Below, piece after piece: positions 23,324 through 34,688 of a DNA stretch of 64,000 nucleotides. Position numbers and translations under genes: made by a program. This DNA is from Eledone cirrhosa (taxonomy: Eukaryota). The stretch spans positions 157,604,001-157,668,000 of the forward strand of contig OZ024741.1 of NCBI GenBank assembly GCA_964016885.1. The letters are read 5' to 3'. The stretch's first letter is position 1. The number at the start of each line of letters is the position of its first letter. The notes under the pieces are model-generated. The model saw only the letters and a program-made list of their open reading frames with translations, did no database searches and had not been told where the DNA came from.

Positions 23324-26300
23324 ATGGCGGGAAAGATGGCAGACATGTTTGCCATTAGCTCTGCCACGCCCCCCAAGTCTGAAGAACAAAAAATGGATAC
23401 AACAAAACTAGACAACGAAACAAACAAGGAAAATGAAAAAACAAATGTTACGGAAAATGAGCAAACGGAAAACAAACAAACAGAAAATAAGAATACAAAA
23501 AACAACAAGGCAACTTTCGCCCAGACAACAAAAAAATCTATAATATATACACCTATTGACTTAACTGCTGCCAGAGAGAAACTGGCAGAAGCAAAAAAGC
23601 ACATAGTCTTGGGGGAGAACGGAATGTTTTCCATTAATCCACCCCCACCCACCCACCCAGAATTCAAGAAAACGAGACTAGAAAACACTGTTCTGTTTAG
23701 AACAATTCTAAACCACACGAGAAAGCCAGCACAACCCAGCCAAATGGAGATAGAGTTGGTCCTAAAAGACTATATGAAGAATATTCTCTTCATACGAAAG
23801 GACCGACTCTATGGCAGCATTTCTGTTTTAACAAAAGACAAGGAAACAGCACAGAGGCTTTCCCTAAGCCTACTCTCATCAACAGCATACAGTTTCTATC
23901 CCTCCTACATGGGTAGAAGAACTCAGAGAGTCAAAATACAGACAATGCTGCCCACAATGGACTTCTGGTGGGCTATTGCTGGCTTCATAGACATGGGCGA
24001 GGACACAGTGCTGTCAATGGGGAAGGCATCTGGAGATGCGTTCCTGGGAATGGGCCTCGACCTACTAGTCCAAATGAGGCCCGAAAGAATAGCGCAAATC
24101 CCGGATCGCATCTGGCTGGATGACCTCACCCCAATATATATAATTGTAGAGGGGAGAAGACCAGCATGCTATTCATGCACGGAAAGGGGACACGTTAAGG
24201 CTAACTGCCCGAATCGTATCCCCCAAAAAGGACTATTGCCCACACCCACCACAAACAGTACACCAACACCACCCACCTCCAAAAATACACTAATACCACA
24301 CACAGCAAACAAAATACAGACACCACCAACCACAAGCACAACACAAACATCACCACCACCAGCGCCAAACACAAGCACGACACAAAAATCACCACCACCA
24401 TCACCAACCATAACACAAACATCACCACCACCATCACCAACCACAAGCACGACACAAACATCACCACCACCACCACCACAAAACACATTCCAAACTAATA
24501 ATAAAAAAAACAGCAACAAATCTACCCCTCCCGCAAAAAAAAAACAACCAGACACCACGTCCCTCCCACCTAGCGCTGAAGAGTTTCCCCCAACTTCTGA
24601 AGAAGAAGGAGGAGAAGCCTTCAGACAAGTTAAAAGAAAAAAACGAAAGCACACACCCAGCACACCACAACAACAAATAACCCACACACAAACACCAACT
24701 CCAATCAAAAACACACCACCCTCGACAAAAAAAAATAAATCTGCGCCTCCCCTCTTCGAAACATTGACAGCATCACAAAAAAAGACTTCACAATACACAT
24801 ATATAAATAAAGAAAACAAAAAACTGTTTAAATTAATAAACAATAGCCCTTTGGTGCAGAGCGAAGGGCCAAACTTTATCTCAACAAAGAACTTCGCCCA
24901 TTTAAAAATGATAAAGGTCCCTCTGGACCTTTATCGTTCCTTAAAAGAACAATTTAAACAGGACGTGAGCCCCCCCCCCCCTCCCCCCTGTTTAAAACCG
25001 TTAAATCGCGTCCTCTTGAAAGATTTCCCCATAACCTCCCTGACACAACTCCAAATACCCCAACCCACCACACTCGGATACCCCCACACCACCACAAAAC
25101 ATCCCTCCACCCAACACACCCGACCCCATGGAAATTACACAACCCGGAGAGGTAGGTGCTTTTCTTTCTTCACTTTCAACACCAAAATAGATCAATTGAG
25201 AGTTGGCTGTTTGAATGCGCGTGGCCTGGGCTCAGCTTGGAAGCAAGCAAAGCTTCTAAGTGACCTCAGGTCACGAAGTATAGATGTGATGGTTGTTTGC
25301 GAGAGTCGGATCAGCAGCGTGCGACAGCTGGCTCCCGCCTTCGATGACTTTGAGATGCACGCATCTCTCTGTCAACCCGGAGGCGGGGGTGGGGTTGCCG
25401 TACTGCTGGATAAACGTCTGGCTCTCGACGTACAGATTGTTCACTCGGACCCGGGGGGTCGATTACTGGTGCTGGACGTCGGAGGCGGTGAAGGCGGGGC
25501 TTTCAGACTGGTCGGTCTTTATGCCCCCTTCGGGGCTGAAAGAGCCGACTTCTTCCAGCGTCTGGAGACTTTTCTAGGAACGTCGCGTTCCCTGCTTTTA
25601 GTGGGGGACTGGAATGGAATCCTAGATGCGTGTTGGGACTATGCAGGGGCATGTCCCGATAGAGGGGGGTGTAGCAGCCTCAAGCGGTTACTCCATCGAT
25701 TCGACCTGGTCGATAGATTTCGACTAGATTTTCCAACTGTGCCAACCTGGACCTGGGCAAACCACAGTGGTCAATCTAGATCGTACTTAGATAGGTTTTT
25801 GGTTAGGAGTAAGGATAGGGACGTATTTAGTTGTCCAGAATTGCTCATGGTTGGCTATTCAGATCACAAATTAGTGACCTGCGTGGTCAACCTTGATAGA
25901 ACGCATAGACAGGGTCCCGGTTACTGGAAGATGAACTTGTCCTTGCCGGCAAAGGAAGCTTACAGGAACCGGATTAGTAGCTTAGTTAAGATGCGGTTGA
26001 CGGGAGCGATCGTCAACAGCAGGTGGTGGGTATCTCTAAAGAGAGAGATTAAAGTAAGTTCGATAGGTTACAGTAAGGAACTAGCGGCGAATAGAAATAG
26101 GAGGGAAAGGGAGTTGACAGATAAACTAGAAGAGGCGATTAGGAGCGGAGACGTGGCCAGAGTGTTAGCGTCGAGAACGGCGTTGAGCCAGTTCTTTGAC
26201 GCGAAGCACGAAGGCTGCGTTGTCCGAAGTAAAATTCGTGCTTTAGGAAACGAGGGGACCAAAGCTGTTAGCTGGGCCTGCGTGACAGAAGCCAAGAGTG

Positions 26301-26593
26301 GGATTAAATCCACCATTCGGTCTTTGCGAGACCAGGATGGACGGGTGATCCTTGAACCTGAGCGGATGTGCGAGGCCTTTCAAAAGCACTTTGCTCGACT
26401 GTTCGGAGGGGGAGGGGGCCGGACGGGGATGTGGACTTCGGTCCATACCTCGACGGTCTACCGCGTCTTTCGAGCGGCGAAGCGGAGTGCTGCGAAAGGC
26501 CAATCACAGCCACTGAAATTGGTGAAGCGCTCAGCCAATGCAGCAGACGCAAATCTCCGGGTCTCGATGGTCTACCATACGAACTTTATTTAG
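23324..26593 (+). CDS. Copy B ORF1 fused in frame to the ORF2 endonuclease region (1089-aa ORF; last ~60 aa out of frame after a G-run slip near 26410)
   Basis: ORF track; reads through ...GRCFSFFTFNTKIDQLRVGCLNARGL. Confidence 0.65.
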   Translation: MAGKMADMFAISSATPPKSEEQKMDTTKLDNETNKENEKTNVTENEQTENKQTENKNTKNNKATFAQTTKKSIIYTPIDLTAAREKLAEAKKHIVLGENGMFSINPPPPTHPEFKKTRLENTVLFRTILNHTRKPAQPSQMEIELVLKDYMKNILFIRKDRLYGSISVLTKDKETAQRLSLSLLSSTAYSFYPSYMGRRTQRVKIQTMLPTMDFWWAIAGFIDMGEDTVLSMGKASGDAFLGMGLDLLVQMRPERIAQIPDRIWLDDLTPIYIIVEGRRPACYSCTERGHVKANCPNRIPQKGLLPTPTTNSTPTPPTSKNTLIPHTANKIQTPPTTSTTQTSPPPAPNTSTTQKSPPPSPTITQTSPPPSPTTSTTQTSPPPPPQNTFQTNNKKNSNKSTPPAKKKQPDTTSLPPSAEEFPPTSEEEGGEAFRQVKRKKRKHTPSTPQQQITHTQTPTPIKNTPPSTKKNKSAPPLFETLTASQKKTSQYTYINKENKKLFKLINNSPLVQSEGPNFISTKNFAHLKMIKVPLDLYRSLKEQFKQDVSPPPPPPCLKPLNRVLLKDFPITSLTQLQIPQPTTLGYPHTTTKHPSTQHTRPHGNYTTRRGRCFSFFTFNTKIDQLRVGCLNARGLGSAWKQAKLLSDLRSRSIDVMVVCESRISSVRQLAPAFDDFEMHASLCQPGGGGGVAVLLDKRLALDVQIVHSDPGGRLLVLDVGGGEGGAFRLVGLYAPFGAERADFFQRLETFLGTSRSLLLVGDWNGILDACWDYAGACPDRGGCSSLKRLLHRFDLVDRFRLDFPTVPTWTWANHSGQSRSYLDRFLVRSKDRDVFSCPELLMVGYSDHKLVTCVVNLDRTHRQGPGYWKMNLSLPAKEAYRNRISSLVKMRLTGAIVNSRWWVSLKREIKVSSIGYSKELAANRNRRERELTDKLEEAIRSGDVARVLASRTALSQFFDAKHEGCVVRSKIRALGNEGTKAVSWACVTEAKSGIKSTIRSLRDQDGRVILEPERMCEAFQKHFARLFGGGGGRTGMWTSVHTSTVYRVFRAAKRSAAKGQSQPLKLVKRSANAADANLRVSMVYHTNFI

Positions 26594-28600
26594 CTATGCC
26601 GGTCTTGTTCTCCGAACTCCTCGAGGCTGTCTATTGCAACTGGCAACAGAACGGGAGAATTCCCTGTTCTGTGATCAAGGGCGTAGTCACGCTAGTGAGG
26701 AAGGACGAGAGCAAGGGGGGCGACTTAAGTAACTTTAGGCCCATAACTCTGCTGAATGCAGAGTTACAGATTTTGGCCAAGGTGTTGGCGAAGAGGTTGG
26801 CGCTTGTGGTGGGTGGTTTGGTGGGAGACGCGCAGACATGCGCTATCCCGTCCAGATCCATTTACGACAACCTCCTCCTCATGCGATACATCGTAGAGAG
26901 GGTTGGGAACGAACCCGGCTTTGGTGGGGCCCTGATCAACTTGGATCAATCTAAGGCGTTCGATAGGGTCGACCATGGCTACCTGGATGCGGTGCTAGCG
27001 GCGGCGGGCTTCGGACCCGTTTTCAGGGGCTGGATTTCTGCCATGCACAGTGGCAACGTCTGCTCTAGGGTTAAAGTAAACGGCTACCTCTCGGAGCCGT
27101 TTCAAATCACCCTTCTCCTCCCTTCTGTACGTATTGGCTCTCGAGCCACTGCTGCGGAAGTTGGAGTTGCTGCGGGGCATACCCCTGGAACCGGGATTGC
27201 ACAAAGCGGTCTCGGCCTATGCCGACGACGTAACAGTAATGGTGGCGGACGCCTCAGAAATCGGGGCGATCGCCACCCTACTGGAGGAATACGAAAGGCT
27301 GACGGGGGCTAGGCTGAAACGGGACAAGTCAGTCGGTTTGCAACTCGGAACGTGGAGGGGCAAACCGATGCCGTTAGACGGTGTCGTCGGGCGGTGGACG
27401 GAGGGCCCGGTGAAGCTGCTCGGGGTCTGGTTCGGACCGGACCTCCAGGTGGAGAAGAATTGGGGCGAGGTGACGAGCAGGGTGTTTGCGCTGACCCAGA
27501 AGTGGGCCAAGTGCAAACTATCACTGAAAGGTCGGGCGGAGGTGACGAACGCTTACATAGCGTCCGTCATCTACTACCGCCTGACCGTCGTGCCTTGCCC
27601 CAAGGAAACGCTCACCATCATGGAGCGCATGCTCTTCCAGTTCCTCTGGAAGAAGCGGCCTCCCATGGTGAGGAGATCCATATGCTGCCAGCACTCTTCG
27701 AAAGGAGGGCTGGGTATGCCGTGGCTGTTGATGCGTAGGCACGCATTGAGGCTACGGCATCTACAGGTATTCCTCAACGGTCAGCCGGTGTGGGCCCCGT
27801 TTGTGAGGCGAGCCTTCCCACAGCTCGTCTCGCTCACCGAGCTGCAATCCTGAGTCAAGCAAAGACCGAGAAAACTGGGCAACTGGCACACCGAGTGTGC
27901 CCAGGCGCTCACGGCTATCTGGCAAGCGGACCCGACTGTCAGTGGAGAATCCACCTCGACATTCTATAGAGGGCTGGTGGCTAGCAGGGGCGACGACACC
28001 CTTGGAGAGTCGCTAGGCATGGAGGAGGACGAACTGGCCAGCCTGTTCGGTAGAACTTTCGGCCCGGGACCCATGGACAACTTCCAGAGGTCCCTAGCCT
28101 GGCAGTGTTACCGGGGGGCTCTGCCCGTTCGAGAAAAGCTCTACAGACACGGGCGCCCGGGCAGAGATCCAGCGAAAAAGATCTGTCCCAGATGCGTGCG
28201 CGACGAGGAAACCGTTGCGCATGCACTGGTACACTGCCCCGGCGTTGCCGATCTGTGGGGCTACGTCGAACGACTGCTGTCGCGTGTGGCGCCGATTCGA
28301 TTAACCGCCGAGTCTGTGGTGAACATCAAGCCGCCTCCTCCCTTCAGAAACGAAGCAGAAGCGGTCTTTCTGTGCGTAATAGCCATGATGAAAGAGGTTG
28401 TGTGGTGGACGCGCCTGAAAGGTCTGAGGTCGGGTGACTTTCTCTCCGGCCATCACCTGGTTTACTTCTTCCGATACCACTTCGGAAGAAGGATCAGGAT
28501 GGAGAGAGAAGTGCTTGGCCCCAGACAGTTTCATGAAAGGTGGGTGAAAGAAGCGAGAATGGCTCGTGTAAATGGGCCTTCTCTCTACATTGTTCTGTAG
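26368..28600 (+). pseudogene. Copy B ORF2 RT and C-terminal region, disrupted
   Basis: Frameshifts near 26410 and 27110; stop at 27853. Confidence 0.88.
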
Positions 28601-28831
28601 GTGAAGAAGTGAAGAGGAAAGGGGGAGCGCCTCCTCTCTGGGCTTCCCCTGCGAAAAGGGTTGCACACTTTTCGGGGGTATGTGCAATCCCGAACACGCC
28701 CCCTCCCTTTTGAGGACTTTTTATTATTATATTATTATTGTTATTCCTTTTTCTTTACTCGATTTATGTAAACTCCCCCACTGTGTATTTGTCCCCCTCT
28801 TTTGTGCCCTCGTGGCAAATAAATAGAAATG

Positions 28832-29437
28832 TATCTATCAGTCAGTCTATCAGTCTGTCTATCAGTCTATCAGTCTGTCTATCAGTCTGTCTATCAGTCT
28901 ATCAGTCTGTCTATCAGTCAGTCTATCAGTCTGTCTATCAGTCTGTCTATCAGTCTATCAGTCTGTCTATCAGTCTGTCTATCAGTCTATCAGTCTATCA
29001 GTCTGTCTATCAGTCTGTCTATCAGTCAGTCTATCAGTCTATCAGTCAGTCTATCAGTCTATCAGTCTATCAGTCTGTCTATCAGTCTGTCTATCAGTCT
29101 GTCTATCAGTCTATCAGTCTGTCTATCAGTCAGTCTATCAGTCTGTTTATCAGTCTGTCTATCAGTCTATCTATCAGTCAGTCTATCAGTCTGTCTATCA
29201 GTCTGTCTATCAGTCTATCAGTCTATCAGTCTGTCTATCAGTCTGTCTATCAGTCAGTCTATCAGTCTATCAGTCAGTCTATCAGTCTGTCTATCAGTCT
29301 ATCAGTCTGTCTATCAGTCAGTCTATCAGTCTGTCTATCAGTCAGTCTATCAGTCTATCTATCAGTCTGTCTATCAGTCAGTCTATCAGTCAGTCTATCA
29401 GTCTATCAGTCAGTCTATCAGTCTGTCTATCTGTCTA
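28832..29437. repeat. Satellite block 3
   Basis: Direct reading. Confidence 0.95.
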
Positions 29438-32400
29438 GATCATCTAGATCGTACCTAGATAGATTTTTACTTAGAAATAAGGACAGGGACTTTTTAAGTT
29501 GTCCAGAAATGCTCATGGTTGGCTATTCAGACCACAAGTTGGTGACCTGCATGGTCAACCTTGATAGAACGCATAGACAGGGCCCCGGTTACTGGAAGCT
29601 CAACTTGTCCTTGCCGGCAAGTAGAGCCTACAGGAATCGGATTAGTACGTTAGTTAAGGAACGGTTGACTGGAGCGATCGTCAACAGCAGGTGGTGGGTA
29701 TCTCTAAAGAGAGAGATTAGAGTAGTCTCGATTGAATTTAGTAAGGTTCTAGCTGCGGATAGGAATAGGAAGGAAAGGGAGCTAATAGATAGAGTAGAAG
29801 AGGCAATTAGAAGCGGCGACGTGGCCAGAGTGCTAGCGTCGAGAACGGCTTTGAGCCAGTTTTTCGACGCGAAGCACGAAGGCTGCGTTGTCCGAAGTAA
29901 AATACGTGCTCTAGGGAACGAGGGGACCAAAGCTGTTGGCTGGGCCCGCGTGACAGAGGCCAACAGTGGAACTAAATCCACCATCCGGTCTTTGCGAGAC
30001 CTGGATGGACGGGCGATTCTTGAGCCGAAGCAGATGTGTGAGGCCTTTCAAAGGCACTTTGCCCGACTGTTCGGGAGGGGCGGGGAGCCGGTTGGGAACG
30101 TGGACTTCGGTCCATACCTCGACGGCCTGCCGCGCCTCTCGGACAGGGAGGCGAAGTCCTGCGAGGAGCCGATTTCGGCCGCTGAGATAGAGGACGTGCT
30201 GAGCCAATGCGGCAAACGCAAATCCCCGGGTCTCGATGGTCTTCCTTACGAATTATATCTAGCTATGCCGGACTTGTTCCCCGATCTCCTCGAGGCGGTC
30301 TACTGCAACTGGCAACAGAACGGGAGAATTCCCTGTACTGTGACCAAGGGCGTAGTCACGCTAGTGAGGAAGGACGAGAACAAGGGGGACGAAATAAGTA
30401 ACTTCAGGCCCATAACTCTGCTAAATACAGAGTTACAGATTTTGGCCAAGGTGCTAGCAAAGAGGTTGGCGCTTGTCGTGGGCAACCTGGTGGGAGATGC
30501 GCAGACATACGCTATCCCGTCCAGGTCCATCCATGACAACCTCCACCTCATGCGATACATCATAGAGAGGGTTGGGAACGAACCCGGCTTTGGTGGGGCT
30601 CTGATCAACTTGGATCAATCTAAGGCGTTCGATAGGGTCGACCATGGTTACCTGGATGCGGTGCTAGCGGCGGCAGGCTTCGGACCCGTTTTCAGGGGCT
30701 GGATCACTGCTATGCACAGCAGCCGCATCTGCTCTAGGGTCAAGGTGAACGGCTACCTCTCGGAGCCGTTCAAAATCGCGCGGTCCATCCGACAAGGGTG
30801 CCCTCTCTCCTCCCTTCTGTATGTGTTGACTCTCGAGCCACTACTGCGGAAGTTGGAGTTGTTGCAGGGCATCCCTTTGGAACCGGGATTGCGGAAAGCG
30901 GTGTCAGCCTACGCCGATGACGTGACAGTAATGGTGTCGACGGCCTCCGAAATCGAGGCGGTCGGCACCTTACTGGAGGAGTACGAAAAGTTCACAGGGG
31001 CTAAGCTGAACCGGGACAAGTCGATCGGTTTGCAACTCGGCACGTGGAGGAGCAGACCGATGCCCTCCGATGGCGTCGTCGGACGCTGGACGGAGGGCCC
31101 GGTGAAGTTGCTCGGGGTCTGGTTCGGACCGGACCTCCAGGTGGAGAAAAACTGGGCGGAGGTTACGAACAGGGTGTTTGCACTGACCCAGAAGTGGGCC
31201 AGTTGCAAACTATCCCTGAAAGGTCGGGCGGAGGTGGCGAACACTTATATAGCGTCCGTCATCTACTACCGCCTGACCGTAGTGCCCTGCCCAAGGGAAA
31301 CCCTCACCAAGATGGAGCGCGCGCTCTTCCAATTCCTTTGGAAGAGGCGGGCTCCTATGGTGAGGAGATCCATCTGCTGTCAACACCCTTCGAAAGGAGG
31401 GCTGGGGATGCCGTGGCTAATGATGCGTAAACACGCATTAAGGCTACGGCACCTCTACGTATTCCTCACCGGACAACCGGTGTGGGCCTCGTTTGTGAGA
31501 CGAACCTTTCCCAGACTCGTCTCACTCACCGAGCTGCAATCCTGGGTCAAGCAAAGACCGAGAAAACTGGGCGCCTGGCACACTGAGTGTGCCCAGGCGC
31601 TCAACGCCCTCTGGCAGGCGGATCCGGTTATCAGTGGAGACTCCACCGCAACATTCTATAGAGGGCTGGTACGCAGCAGGTGCGACGACGCCCTCGGAGA
31701 AGCCCTAGACATGGAGGAGGACGAACTGGCCAGCCTGTTCGGTAGGACATTCAGCCCGGGACCTATGGACAACTTCCAGAAGTCCCTGGCCTGGCAGTGC
31801 TACCGAGGGGCTTTACCCGTTCGAGAAAGGCTCTACAGACACGGGCGCCCGGGTAGGGACCCCGCCAAAAAGATCTGTCCCAGATGCGTGTGCGACGAGG
31901 AAACCGTTGCACACGCATTGGTACACTGCTCGGGCGTAGCCGATCTGTGGGGCTATGTCGAACAACTGCTGTCAAGGGTGGGACCGATCCGGTTGACCAC
32001 CGAGTCTATTGTAATGATCAAGCCGCCTCCCCCCTTCAAAGATGAAGCAAACCGGTGTTTCTGTGCGTAATAGCCATGGCGAAAGAGGTTGTATGGTGGA
32101 CGCGTCTGAAAGGACTGAGGTCAGGCACCTTTCTCTCTGGCCAACAACTGGTCCGTTTCTTCCGATATCATTTCGGAAGAAGGATCAGGATGGAGAGAGA
32201 GGTGCTGCACCCCAGTCGTTTTTATGAAAGGTGGGTGAAAGTTGCAAGAATGGCCCGTGTGAATGGGCCTTCTCTTTACATAAGCCTGTAGGTGGAAAAG
32301 AGGAAGGAACGAGGGAGCACCCCCTCTCTGTGCTCCTGGGGAAAAGGGTTGCACACTTTTTTCGGGGGTGTGTGCGACCCCCCAAGGCGCCTCCTCTCTA

Positions 32401-32555
32401 TTGAGGATTTTGTTAAAAATTTTATTTTTTGTTATATCTTATTTTATTTTTATATTTTGTTATTGCCTCCTCCTTATTGAGGACGCCTTTTTGTGTAAAC
32501 TCCCCCCTTTGTACTTGTCCCACTTTTGATGCCCTAGTGGCAAATAAAAGAAACT
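29438..32555 (+). mobile_element. L1/Tx1-type copy C, 5'-truncated within the endonuclease; RT core intact
   Basis: Starts at GATCATCTAGATCG (equivalent to D 35272); intact IRQGCPLS and YADD; 1-bp frameshift near 32050; AATAAA at 32543-32548. Confidence 0.92.
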
Positions 32556-32634
32556 TATCAGTCTGTCTATCAGTCTATCAGTCAGTCTATCAGTCTGTCT
32601 ATCAGTCAGTCTATCAGTCTATCTATCAGTCTGT
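32556..32634. repeat. Satellite block 4 (short spacer between C and D)
   Basis: Direct reading. Confidence 0.95.
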
Positions 32635-32812
32635 TTAAATTCATACGGAAATTGTAAACTGTAAACTTTCATTTTTGTACCATTTTGTAGAGGGACTGCC
32701 AGGTCAAATTTTGATCTGGTCGGTCTCTCAAAATATTCTGCGCCTTTGGGCGAAATAGTATTGTGAACATTTTATCTTTCGAAAAACTTCGAAAAACCCT
32801 ATTTTGAGAAAA

Positions 32813-32989
32813 ATGGCTGAAGCATCTTCACCATCAATCAAAGAAAGAAAAGGGAAGTCATACTCACAGCTTCCCCCTGCCACTGTCACAGCAGCAGATG
32901 CCAAAGGCAGAGGTCAGAGAGAGGAAGAATTGTCTTCACCTGTTGACCGACCACTAGATGTAGCCACAACTACACAAGAATTTGAAAAC

Positions 32990-33020
<31 letters not shown>

Positions 33021-34664
33021 GCAACAATAAAGACAACAAAAACAACAACACAAACGTCACAAGTATCCACACACGAAACGAGAAAGACAACAACAACAAC
33101 AAAGATGAAAACAACTCAAACGACGAGAAACAAAACAATACTAATATCCAAAACGAAAACAAAATATCTTTTGCACAAACGGCTAAATTATCAGTCGCTT
33201 ATGTGCTGGAAGATATTTCAAAAGCAAAAGAAATGCTGGAAAAAGCCAAGAAATATGTCTTTTGGCGAAAACGGTTCGTTTTCTATACATTCACCTCCGG
33301 AGCTAAAAAGACAGACGGAATTACGAACTGTCGTATTCCGAACAATTTTAAATAAAACAAAGAAACCAGCGCAACCATCTCAAGCGGAAATTCAGTTAGT
33401 CTTGAAAGACGCGATGAGAGACATCACTTTCATACAAAAGGATAAACTCTATGGGAGTTTATCCATATTGATGAAAGACGAATTGGCGGCAAAAAAATAC
33501 TCTGTGTCGCCAATTCGGTCCACACACTACACCTTCTTCCCCACCTACATGGGTAAAAAAACCCAGAGGATATGGATAACCACCATCACCCCAAACATAA
33601 ACTACTGGTGGTTACTAACCGGTTTCCTCAATTTAGACGAGGACAACCTCATCTCAATAGGGAAGGCATCCGGCGACGCGTTCAGTGGAACGAGCCTCGA
33701 AGTTCTGACCCAAATAAGGCCAGAACTCATCGCCCAAATTCCTGAGCGCGTCATGCTGGATGACCGTACCCACCTCAACATTATTGTGGAGGGTAGGCGT
33801 CCCTCCTGTTACCTCTGTGGCAATAGAGGCCACCTGAGGGCTGCCTGTCCCCAGCTCACACAGAAAAAAACACTGCTACCAACACCAACACCACCCCAAC
33901 TACAACAACAAAAACAACCACAACAACAACAAAAACCAACAACCCCACCACCACCACCACAACAACAACAACAACAAACACGTGAAAAAATAACACAGAA
34001 TACTGTCCCACCCAATCCCTCCCCACCCAAAACAAATACAAAAACACGCACACCGCAAACACTACCAGAAAACATACCCCTCCCACCCAACAAGGAAGAC
34101 GAACCTCTTTCGTCGCAAGACGAAAAAGATCCCTTCCAACAAGTAAAAAGAAAGAAGAGGAGACGCACCACAGACACACATGTTAACTTTAATCCCCCCC
34201 AAGAGAACACAAACTACACACAAACCACCCCTCCCTGTCACACAACACTAACTGCTACACAAAAAAAGACCTTACAATACACATACATGAACACAGACAA
34301 CAAAGAATTACGGAAAACAATTTCAGCAAACCCTTCGGTCCAAACTGAAGGGCCAAACTTTATAACTGCTGTGGGACTACCTCATTTGAAAATGATAAAA
34401 GTCCCAATGCACTTGTACAAAACACTGAAAATAAATTTCACGGAGGACGTGGGCCCCCCCCCCCCCTGCGCCAAACCAATCAACCGCGTCCTCCTAAAAA
34501 ATTTCACCCCCCCACCCCACCCAGACACCCACTCAACGACAAACACCCCAACCCCACAACACACCGATGCCCCTTCACTTCCACAAACCACCACCCCACC
34601 CAACAACCCATCCCCAACCAGCATGGAAATTGAGCGGCCCGTTTCCCGGGACGCAGAGAGGTAA
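32813..34664 (+). pseudogene. Copy D ORF1 with one frameshift near 33260
   Basis: MAEASS...KKYV in one frame, FGENGSFSI...CYLCGNRGHLRAAC...DAER* in the next. Confidence 0.8.
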
Positions 34665-34688
34665 GTGCCTTTTCTCTTTACCACCAAC

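Larger units (their letters stand above)
23122..28831 (+). mobile_element. L1/Tx1-type copy B (full length, distinct subfamily with a different 5'UTR)
   Basis: CCHC CYSCTERGHVKANC; APE motifs GDWN and YSDH; RT AYADDV; AATAAA at 28818-28823, then satellite. Confidence 0.92.
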
